A DNA stretch of 64,000 nucleotides from Octopus bimaculoides. Its lineage: Eukaryota. Each line of letters begins with the position of its first letter. The stretch's first letter is position 1. Positions 36,042-47,164 of the stretch are shown piece by piece. A program made the translations under genes and the position numbers. The notes beneath the pieces were generated by a model. It was not told the origin of the DNA. It ran no database searches and saw only the letters and a program-made list of their open reading frames with translations. Location: the NCBI RefSeq assembly GCF_001194135.2, contig NC_068993.1:32703415-32767414 (forward strand). Direction: 5' to 3'.

Positions 36042-37714
36042 TTTGTATATAAAACTGAGAACGTGTGTCTATGTATGAATCCCTAAAACTCAAGAAGTAA
36101 CTAACTGATTTCATTCAAATTTTACACATGCATTACTTGGGGTCCATGGAGTGTCATGGGTGAAAAACATTTTTAACTTCTTGCCTAATGCAGGCCTGGA
36201 AAAATCTTTTAGACTGGTTCAGTATTGCGTGTCAAAAGATATTGTTTCACTTTTAATTCTAATGTGATAACACTAAGATCATCTTATTTCTATTATATTT
36301 GATATAAATGAATAATTTATATCCTAATGTAAACAAAATTATGCATCAGCAACTTTCTGTCTTTACGGCCACGACAGTGGAATGGTGTGTCAGTATATGT
36401 GTCTTGACTAACATAATGAACATCTGGAGGTGAAACTCTTGACAAAAAACAATGAGGTGGCAGGTCCAAGGAATATAAAAATACGCATTTACCATTCAAT
36501 TACCAGTTAATAATTATCGCAGCAGTTGCAATCTTGCAAGTTATTTACAGTTACCCTTAAATTAACATTTAATACATGTGCTTAATATATATATATATAA
36601 AGAAATTTATCTATAATAATTATTGTGGCATTTATCGTTAAATTAGCAGTTCGTACATGTGCTTCTATTTGGTTAATTTGCTTATATTTGGTTAATTTAC
36701 ACTGCATACAAAAATAAACTTACTACATACATACAACTGCTTACAAAAATAGAGATTAATGTATTATTTTTTCTGTTTATAATTTTTTATTTACAATACT
36801 GAAAAATATATGCCACCAAAAAAAAGATGCAATCGCTCCAGAAACAAATATAAAGCAAGAAGGATTGTGAAAAACCGAAGGCAAGAGTCTCAACAGAGAA
36901 GGGAGATGAAACTTTTTCAAGACCAAACAACATTTTAATGATTAGACAGAGGTCCAGTAGAATAGCTCTCAGAGACAGAACATGGACAAATTTGTTCCTC
37001 ACAACTCCTGGAGCTGCTTTCAGATATGGTCCATCCCATTCTTATAAAAATAACTCTGTCCAAATTGCTGTGCTAAACTCAGATCGTCGTTTCTGCAAAG
37101 TTTTAAGATATCTAAATGAAACTAATGGCTTGTGCTGCCCAAGCGGTAAGGTAAGATTGTCAGCACTACCAGCTCCTCCTTCAACCTCTTATGGATCATC
37201 CTGTCAAAGGATTTTCTGAACAATATCAGACAATACAATTCTGCATTTCAAATGACATCATTTGGTGCATCTAAGGAGATAGTTGAACATGGATTTATGC
37301 CAATGTTCAAAGTTCAAGGATAAGTCTGTCACCCTCAAATGAACAACCGAAGTTCTTCCAAATTGACTTTATGAGTGATGTATGACAACAGACCCAAAGG
37401 AGATGTCAAAACTTCAGACGATGGGTCATGTTAGACGCAGTGGCAACCGCCACAAAGGAGATTATATCCACTGACAGTTTTTTGGTGACTTCAAAAATCA
37501 CATACTCCTCACCCCCAATTTTCCATGATAGGTTAGGGCCTGGAATCCTCCAGATGGATGCATGACATGTTGCTTAGTCAAATTAGCCCACCATTTACTC
37601 CACAAATGATTTGTCATCAATACTGCACTTTCCTGTATCACCTGTTTCAACATAACTAATATATATACAAATTATGCCATTTTAATCCCGAGCAACACCA
37701 GGTATCTCTGCTAG
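36042..37714 (+). mobile_element. Internally deleted Helitron with Rep/helicase N-terminal fragment
   Basis: tatataaaactgaga-type 5' end. NETNGLCCPSGKV.L...NNIRQYNSAFQMTSFG...FKVQG Helitron motif at about 37080-37320. 3' hairpin cccgagcaacaccagg and CTAG|T at 37711-37715. Confidence 0.85.
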
Positions 37715-40039
37715 TATATATATATATATATATATATACATATATATAGACACACACACACACCACACTCTAGAGATAAAGGTAATAGTTAAGAAAATTC
37801 TGACTTAATTTACATCTGTTCTTAAATATCTCAACATTTTGTTGTGGTTTCACTTTCTTTTAAAAGAATGAAACTAATGACGTGTTGAAATAAAGAGATA
37901 GAATAACCTAATGGACCTGATATTATATTTGTAGAACTATCACCTCACAGTTTGCAGTTTCAAATCACTAATGGGTGTGATATTATCACTGGACATCTTT
38001 ATTGTAAATGTATTGAAGGAAGGTGTGCTAAATGATGTACACAACAAAATTTGCAATTAACTGAATTTTCGTTTTAAGTTAGAGGAAGAAAACTAAAACT
38101 CAGTAACACCTAAACAGGAAATAATTTCAAGAAATCCAAGTTTAGTTTTACAAAACAAATTGACATGCTTCAGAGAAAATCTTGTTATTGCTTCGATCAA
38201 TTGACAGGGTTTTACATTGAGAAAAACAATTACAAAGATTTTGGCCAGTAAAATATAGCCTGGCCATCACTAGTAATATTGACCATGCTTTCACTAATTG
38301 TTTTAGGTACTTATGTAGCTGCAAGCAGACACAAACATTCTTGCAGCCCCGTCACCCATGACCCAATAGCATATCAGATTGTAACAGCTAGGAGAGAGGT
38401 GCTCTAGCACTGGGCTAGTACTCATTTTCAGCCACATAGACTTGAACAATGAGTAATAATTTGTATATTTAGAAAATAAAACCTTTCTGTGAGCAGAAAA
38501 ATAGTTTCTATTCTTTAAACCGTCAGAAAGAGTATACCCACCTTATTGTCCACTGAGAAATAAGTAGCTTATAGTTGTTCATTGGGTATACAAACTGGGA
38601 CTCAGATAAGCTGGTCTGTCTAATTTGCATAACAGCTTATATTCTGACACCAATGATTAATTTAGAGTACATGAAGCAACATTTTTCAATAATTTGAAAT
38701 ATAAGGTATACCCTTCCATAATAAACATGATTTTAGTCTCATTGTGAAAATTATGCTAAGTAAATACAGCACAAGTTTATATTTCTCCTTGTAAAAATGG
38801 GTTTAATGTGACTAGTTTCTAGTTTTGTTAGAGCATCGTTAAGGAAATAATACCAGAAATGAGTCACTTATTTATACAAACTAGGACTTAGCTAAACTAT
38901 ACAGTAAGGAATTGGTCATTTAGATATTAATCAATCACCAATCAAAGTTTTATGGTTAATTTCAGTTTCTTAATTTGCTACATCAATTAAGCTATCACCC
39001 ACTTTACTAGTGTTTTTGCTTCTAAACACGTTTTACCTCTAGTCTAACCCTAACACTGTAACCTAATGAACCATACAACAGTACTACACCTTAGACCAGG
39101 TGTGGAATCTATTTACAGCTATGCGCACTGAAGCATTTATAAATTGTCGCCAATAACAAGACACAAACCACTAAACTCTCTCTCTCTTCATTACTTGCTC
39201 TCTTGGATAATCAACCATCATATAAACAACAAAAATTTAAATTGTCAATTTTTTTTTAAACAGTGAAATTTATTTTTATTTCAAATAAAATTTATACAAA
39301 TGATAATTTAAATAATGATGACAAAACCTGCCAGAAGTACAAGATGTGTAATAAATGAACTGATGAACAATACAAAATTGTCAAAACTATAGTGATATCT
39401 GTTAGGCAGATGGAAATATATGCTTGATAGCTGTAAATCTTTTATATCTTGGGAGGGTTGTTATTCTGAGCTATGCTCCAATCTCATAGGGTTGAACTTG
39501 TTAAACAGCTTATAGTGGTTTTGTTGTTTGTATTATTACATACTGATATAGTATGATTATTTTCATTAGTAATCTTATATAGCTTTGGGAGGTTCTGCAG
39601 CATGTGTGTGTGTGTCTATCTATATATATAATCTTAAAAATAATTACGTTTAAAAATAAATTCTATTTTAGTGTGTGTGTGTATCCACATATACACGCAC
39701 CTATTTAATATTTTAATATATATATATATATATTTATATTCTTATGTATGTATGTGCATAAATCATCATCATTTGACATACTTTTTTCCATAGAAGAAAA
39801 ATTGTTCATGGACAACAGGTAAAATATACAGGACAATATATAAACAAGGTCAGCATACTTTTTCATCACCTGTTGTCCCTCAGTCAACAGATGATGAAAG
39901 ATGTTTATATCCTATGGTTTACCTGTTGTTTGTGTTCAACGTTTCTTTTATTTAGTGGTAAGAACAGCCAAAAAAGTATACATATATATGAGTATGTATG
40001 TAAGTGCATATACACATGTATATATGTGTCTTATATACA

Positions 40040-40110
<71 letters not shown>

Positions 40111-40218
40111 CTATTGAACCTTAGGAGGGGCATTATGCCAGTAATAATAAACACACACTGGTTCGGTTCTTTATTGTTATTGTTCAGTATTATTTGTGTT
40201 GTTATTTCTTTTTTTTTT

Positions 40219-40264
40219 TGTCAAATAATTATTTCGTCGCATTGTTGCAATCTCTTCAGTGACA
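40219..40264 (-). ncRNA. Minimal type I hammerhead ribozyme motif
   Basis: TGTCA CTGAAGA G ATTGCA ACAA TGCGAC GAAA TAATTAT T TGACA: conserved core, stems I and II, palindromic stem III ATAATTAT. Confidence 0.65.
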
Positions 40265-40409
40265 CATCTCTCTACTTCCATTTCTTTTGAACTTATGTTC
40301 CAGCATCAGAACACACACACATAGACATGCACACACTCACATACTCATCTCGGACAAATTCCAACGCTGGAACATAAGTTCAATAGAAATGTAAGAAGAG
40401 AGAGAGAGA

Positions 40410-40455
40410 TGTCACTGAAGAGATTGCAACAATGCAATGAAATAATTATTTGACA
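40410..40455 (+). ncRNA. Minimal type I hammerhead ribozyme motif
   Basis: TGTCA CTGAAGA G ATTGCA ACAA TGCAAT GAAA TAATTAT T TGACA: 5-bp stem I, 6-bp stem II, palindromic stem III, AUU cleavage triplet. Confidence 0.7.
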
Positions 40456-40759
40456 AAAAAAAATAACAACACAAACAATACTGAACAATAATAATAAAGG
40501 ACCGAACCAGTGCATGTGTTTATTATTACTAGCATAATGCCCCTCCTGCGGTTCAATAGTATTTCTTTCAACACACAAATTCACATTAAGAATCTTGCAA
40601 ACCAAATACAAATACGAACTGTATATATATATATGTATATATATAATTATTTGGACTTTGGGTATATGGTTAGTAGTACGCTGCAAATGGCAAATGCAGG
40701 AGGAGTCGAAACAACCATTGTATTGAATAAAGATTCTTGCTAATTCCATTTTCCTCATT

Positions 40760-40822
<63 letters not shown>

Positions 40823-41149
40823 TACACACAAGAGTGTGTATATATGTACATGTATTATAGACACACATACACATACATTTATGTACATATAAATACACAC
40901 ATTTAATACTTGTATAGGCATGAAGATATGTTAATTCAAAAGGAAAAAGTGGCATTTGCACGTTTTCCAAATACATAAACACTATAACTCACAGTACTCC
41001 TTCTCTCTATTGCTAATTGTATCTAGTTACCCCATAGATGTGCTAATTGTATCTAGTTACCCCATAGATACAATTAGCAATACTTATATATACAGTGATA
41101 ATAACTACAAATCAATATTCAAATTATTTCCAAAAATGGCTCAACACCA

Positions 41150-41400
41150 GCATGGCTGTGTGGCAAGGAGTTTGCTTCCCAGCCATGTAGTCTTGGGTTC
41201 AGTCCTACTATGCAACGCCTTAGGCAAGTGTCTTCTATTATAGCTCCTGGCTGGCCAAGGCCTTGAGTGAATTTGATAGATGGAAACTAAAAGAAGCACA
41301 TCATGTGTATGCCCTACCACTGTTTGACAATCCATGTTGGTTTCTCCCCATAACTTACAAATTCAACAAAAAGAAATCAACAGGCTTTGTAAAGTTTTGA
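41150..41400 (+). mobile_element. SINE family B (degraded)
   Basis: tgtgtggcaaggagtttgcttccc...gggttcagtcc...ggcaagtgtcttcta. Same family at about 16580, 19340 (minus) and 42398. Confidence 0.7.
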
Positions 41401-42397
41401 GGTAGGAAGCTAGTATGTGTATGTATTTCTCTGGAAAAGATACAATGATTACTCCAATATCAGGTCCCAAGAAATGGATACTTCCCCAAGTGGAAATATC
41501 ACAATCAGACTAACACTGTAAACAATACTGTGGAATGATTTCTTGTGCAAATGATCTAACTGCAACCACAGCAAGCTACAAAATAGTTATGATTTTTTTT
41601 TTACTATTAAAAAAAAAAAAGAAAACTATGTTTCCTTTGTAAATATACAGTTAATAGTCAGAAATGTTCTAATTGTATTAAAAGTGATACTGACATTGAG
41701 ATAGTTTACATCTAGAATAATTTGAAGGAAGAGAACATTGAAATGAAGAATGGGAGCCCAACAGAAGCAGAAGATGGAATCATTGTGAAATGATTTTCCA
41801 GAAATAATATTGTAGAACTATCATTGAGAATGGTGAAATCAAATGTAATCTCTAAGGATGTGATCACTGTGTACTTTATTTCAGAAATTGTATATCTACA
41901 ACACCATTATGTCAAAGAAGTTCCTTCATTGATTTATGGAATGTAAAGTGTTGATATTTACAGATGATCAAGAATGATGTTGATATTTACAGATGATCAA
42001 GAATGATGTAGATTTTTCACAGCTCAATCACATGGATGATTATCACCTCTAAAAGTGAAGTTTAGTAACTACTATTTAATTTAGTTTCCGAACAATAACC
42101 CCCACCCTACATCTAACTCCTCACTACTAATGATAGAAACAAGATGTCCAAGTGTTTGTTGTACTAGGCTATCAAATCAACAGTCTGGAGTTCAAACCTA
42201 CCATAAGTGTTTTGTAGCATATTTGGACAAGTCATTAATTCTTGGCTCAGTTCACTTGGTTCAAGAGAAAGTACCAGATAATTCAATACATTGAATACTT
42301 CCAATACCGATAACTTGTTCAAGGCAAGATCTAACTCTTGTCTAGCTTTTACTCCAAAAAACACTTTAAACATAAGTTCTTAGAAAAGAAGGCACAG

Positions 42398-42775
42398 AGA
42401 TGGTTGTGTGGTAAGAAGCCTGCTTCCCAGCTATGTAGTTCCAGGTTCGGTCCCACTGTGTGGCACCTTGGGCAAGTATCTTCTACTATAACCACAGGCC
42501 GACCAAAGCCTTGTGAGTGGATTTGGTAGATGGAAACTGAAAGGAGCTTGTCGTATATGTGTTTGTGTGTGTCTATGTTTGTCCCCTCACCACTACTTAA
42601 TAACCAGTGCCGGTGTGTTTACATCCCTGTAATTTAGCAGTTTGGCAAAAGACACTGATAGAATAAGTATCAGGCTTAAAAAATAAGTACTGGAGTTGAT
42701 TCATTTGATTAAAAATTCTTCAAGGTGGTGCCCCAGCATGGCCACAGTCTAATGACTGAGACAAATAAAACATAA
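42398..42775 (+). mobile_element. SINE family B, near full length
   Basis: tRNA-like head (gtggtaagaag...ggttcggtccc), internal GT repeat, 3' ccccagcatggccacagtctaatgactga. Confidence 0.75.
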
Positions 42776-43458
42776 AAAATGACTTTTGTACATTTACCAA
42801 TGTCTTACATTTTAAGCAGCTGTTCATCCTGTAAGCCTCTAACCACAAAACCATTGCATAAGACACAGCTATGGTTTATACCCTGATCTCTTTTTATTTG
42901 TCTACAATCCTAAACCTGACCAAGGCAGAATCAAGTGAGAAAAGTCCCTTAATAAGTGCAAGGACCAGCCAGGTGGACATAAATCAATCATGACAAAAAA
43001 ACTTTATTTTGTACTATCATTTTTTATCTCAAAAATGACAGACAGATGTACCATTCCATACATTATCAAAAATATCCTTCCCATTTTTTAAGATAATAAA
43101 GTATGAATTGATAAAAATTCAGCTTCTATTTCTAGTAGATTGGAATGGCCATGTAGAGGCTTTCATTGTCCCACAATATCATTCTGAGGTGCAAAAACCA
43201 CCTCAACCAACATGGAACAGTAGATATAGAGCTGACACTTTTACCTCACAATGTTTTCAAATTGTTCATTTTTACCTTTCAAGACAGCAAAAAGAGATGA
43301 GGTAAATTGGCAGAGCATCAGAGCCTTATGAAATTTGTTTTGAGTTCAAACTACACTGATGTCAACTTTGCCTTTCATCCATCAAAGTTGACAGATTAAG
43401 TATCAATCCAGTACTTGAAGTCATTTCTTCTTTCTCTCTCCTTGAATTCTTTTTTTTT

Positions 43459-44302
43459 TGTGTGCTGAGGACATATGTAAGCTCGCAAGGAATGAAGCCA
43501 GTATGCTCCGTTGGATGTGTAATGTCAATGTGAATNNNNNNNNNNNNNNNNNNNNNNNNNNNNNNNNNNNNNNNNNNNNNNNNNNNNNNNNNNNNNNNNN
43601 NNNNNNNNNNNNNNNNNNNNNNNNNNNNNNNNNNNNNNNNNNNNNNNNNNNNNNNNNNNNNNNNNNNNNNNNNNNNNNNNNNNNNNNNNNNNNNNNNNNN
43701 NNNNNNNNNNNNNNNNNNNNNNNNNNNNNNNNNNNNNNNNNNNNNNNNNNNNNNNNNNNNNNNNNNNNNNNNNNNNNNNNNNNNNNNNNNNNNNNNNNNN
43801 NNNNNNNNNNNNNNNNNNNNNNNNNNNNNNNNNNNNNNNNNNNNNNNNNNNNNNNNNNNNNNNNNNNNNNNNNNNNNNNNNNNNNNNNNNNNNNNNNNNN
43901 NNNNNNNNNNNNNNNNNNNNNNNNNNNNNNNNNNNNNNNNNNNNNNNNNNNNNNNNNNNNNNNNNNNNNNNNNNNNNNNNNNNNNNNNNNNNNNNNNNNN
44001 NNNNNNNNNNCTGGCCTTGTAGGGTTTTCGAGCGAGATCGTTGCCAGTGCCCCTGGACTGGCTCTTGTGCGGGTGGCACATAAAAGACACCATTTCGAGC
44101 GTGGCCGTTTTCGTGCGGGTGACACGTAAAAGCACCCACTACACTCTCTGAGTGGTTGGCGTTAGGAAGGGCATCCGGCTGTAGAAACTCTGCCAAATTA
44201 GATTGGAGCCTGGTGTAGCCATCCGGTTGCACCAGTCCTCAGTCAAATCGTCCAACCCATGCTAGCATGGAAAGCGGACGTTGAACGATGACGATGATGA
44301 TG
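43459..44302 (+). mobile_element. 5'-truncated RTE LINE spanning an assembly gap
   Basis: AEDICKLARNEASMLRWMCNV before the gap; RTE 3' UTR and (GAT)n tail after it. Confidence 0.85.
43536..44010. other. Assembly gap (N run)
   Basis: 475 N. Confidence 0.99.
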
Positions 44303-44479
44303 AATTCAAAGGTTCAACCATGTCACGTTATACTGATTCGGTTTGAGAATTGCATAAAGAACACATATATCTATGGAATACTCAGCCACTTACATGTTAG
44401 TTTCACACACAGGGATTCAGTAGACCAAGCAAGTAACTGCTTATTGTAGAAACCACAGCTGAAGGAAGGTCTGTGAAGA

Positions 44480-45705
44480 ACTAACAGACAACATAGTCAA
44501 GAATATGATACCAGTCAATTCAATGGGTGAGAATTTAAGCATGAAACGAAGTTGATCCTAAGAAAGATGGTGAACTTAGACAATAGAGAGACAAAACTAA
44601 ATACTGTAGACAATATAATCCAATTCTCCAGCACTTGACACTACAACACTTCTGGAGAAACAATAAACCATCTCCTAAACATGGATGACTTAAAAATTTT
44701 CACTAAAAATACCATGGAACAAAAAAAAAACCTTCTGAAAAGTGTCTATAGTTTCAGCAAGGACATCACAATGAGCACGGGACTGGACAAATGTGCCAAA
44801 GTGACACTGAGGAGAGGCAAATTAATAAGCACTGAAAACAGTGGACTCGACATAGACACGGAAATCCAAGAATTAGACCACAACCACTCATACAAATATC
44901 TAGAAATGGACAAAACAGCTAAAATACAACCCACAGATATGAGACAGAGAATATTAGAGAAGAGTTAGACAAGCATTAAACACTGAACACAATGCTAAAA
45001 TAAGATAATAGAGATAAACATGCTAGTCATATCAGTCATAAATTACAGCTTCAACATAATAAAATGGAAGATCAGTGAATTGAGAAACTTAGAATAACCA
45101 GAAATCTATTAACAGCATACTGAAGTCACCACCTCAAGGCAGACACAAACAGTATATCTACCCTGCTCAGAAGGAGGTCACAGCCTTACACAGATAGGGA
45201 TGAGGTAAATTGGCAGAGCACCAGAGCCTTATGAGATTTGTTTTGAGTTCAAACTACACTGATGTCAACTTTGCCTTTCATCCATCAAAGTTGACAGGTT
45301 AAGTATCAATCCAGTACTTGAAGAAATGAAGAGAAAAATCACTCCATGGCCAATACCCTGCAAGGCTTGACAGAAAAGTGAGCCCAAGTAAAAGCCAACA
45401 ATGGATCAAAAGCTCTGGACTAAAAGCTGAAACTGAAGGACTGATTCTCACTGCACAAGGCCAATGCCTGACCACAAACAACTATAAAAGCAAAACAATG
45501 AAAATAGACCCTAACACCAAAATGCTGTCCAATCCTAGCCAAATTTGAATATGTATACACAAACATGACCAAGTAAGTAGCTATATCCATTGGATAATAT
45601 ACCAGCACTATAACATAAAAACTAGAAGAAATGGTATAAATATGTGCCAAACAAGGTACATGATAACAACCAGGCCACAATCATCTGGGATATGCCTGTT
45701 CAAAC
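44480..45705 (+). mobile_element. Old degraded Dong/R4 copy (left part; resumes at 51239-51530)
   Basis: INHLLNMDDLK, GLDKCAK, YKYLEMD, SLHGQY, TIIWDMPVQ. The frame continues after the Gypsy insertion as TDKEIKANHPDII...TIPVIIGA.G. Confidence 0.8.
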
Positions 45706-47164
45706 TGTGGGGATGAGGTGAACCAGAAGGAAAGAGCTGTGACGTCAACAGCCAAGGGACCCCACCAGAACAGGAAGGGGGAGTGAGGAAGTGAGGGAAG
45801 CAAGACCAGTGTCATCCTCTTTCGACCTGGGGTAGTGGTAGCGAATGGACACAAGTGGACAAGCAAACAAGCAGGCATTTGTAGTAGCAGCTGCTATTCT
45901 TAGGTAAGACAGGTAGAGCATATGTTTGGACTTAACACAGCTGGACAGCCAATGAGAGGTAAGTGAACCGTATTTTATTCCCTGTATTACAGTTCCCTCA
46001 TACCACAAGCTATTTCAGCTCTCATATATAAATATATTTTTTGCCATTGTTGTTGTCTCCTTCCACAAGATGGCAGGGAAGATAAGAATTAGCAGCAATG
46101 CCATCAGACTTTTCTGTGGTGAAGGAGATGTGATCACCTGGATCTGTAAAACCAAGGTGGTGGCCAGGCTACAAGGCATTGAAGATGAAGCAGGTCTCAT
46201 GGTTCTGTATCTAGAGGGAAGCACATTGGCACTGTACCTCGAAATGGATGAGAAAGACCAACTGAGCATGGCAAAGATCAAGCAGCGCTTGAAGGAAGCT
46301 TATATGGAGGGAATGTACACCGCATTTGCTAAGCTGGGAATGGTCAGATGGACAGGGGAAGAGGTCAACGAGTAGGCCACAGAGGTTCAAAGACTGGCCA
46401 AGCTATCTGGTTTTACCAGAGAGGGTTTAGAGAAGGCAGCAAGAAAATGACAGAAGGCAGTGGGGATGACAGCTACAGAAGCCCGTGACATAGTGCAACT
46501 ACCAGTAAAGAATGAGGAGAAAAGACTGCTGTAGAGTGGCAGTGACCGTTCATGGTCAAGTAGTGTTTGGGCAGTCGACAGCAGCATAATTGGATGTAAG
46601 GGTAGAGCGAAGTGGGAGACAGCAGTGTGGAGCACAACACTGAGGTTGCAGGCAATTGTGATCAACCATGTGGTAAACAGAATTGACGTGGTGATGGCAT
46701 GGATGCAATCAACCACCTTGGAGGTGTCAGGGTCAGTGGAGATGTGGTTTCATTTCGTGGTGCAGGGCGTCAAGTGCTGAGTCTGCAAAGCTCCACGGGG
46801 GATTATACTGTTTACATCATTGAGGACAAAGATTTTCAGGCAGTGTTCAACAGTCAGCAGTGGACAGTAGAGTGATGCTGGAAAGGGGAGCCCTCAATAC
46901 TGAAGAACAAGCTGAGCTGCTACCAGCATACCTTGAAAGGACATGCCAGGAGTGAGTTTGAAGGAGAGGTAGAGAGGTGAATTAAGGAGGGTATCATTTT
47001 CCTGTGGAAGGCAGAGATGATGAGTGGAATGCTACCACTAATGGCAATGGTGCAGCCAACAAAGGGCAAAGTCAGGCTAGTACTGGATTATCGAGAGATG
47101 AATGGCCATATATCGTGCCACACGAGTGGCAAGGTGATTGACGTCTGCAGTGAGGAATTGCATG

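Larger units (their letters stand above)
40111..40559. repeat. 449-bp fold-back: about 195-bp inverted arms and a 61-bp loop
   Basis: 40111-40304 is the reverse complement of 40366-40559 (roughly 90% identity by eye). TA on both flanks. Confidence 0.92.

Noticed and set aside
41700-41960. Cys-rich possible exon or transposase tail
   Set aside because: Stops in all frames, no convincing splice sites, and no family could be recognised.
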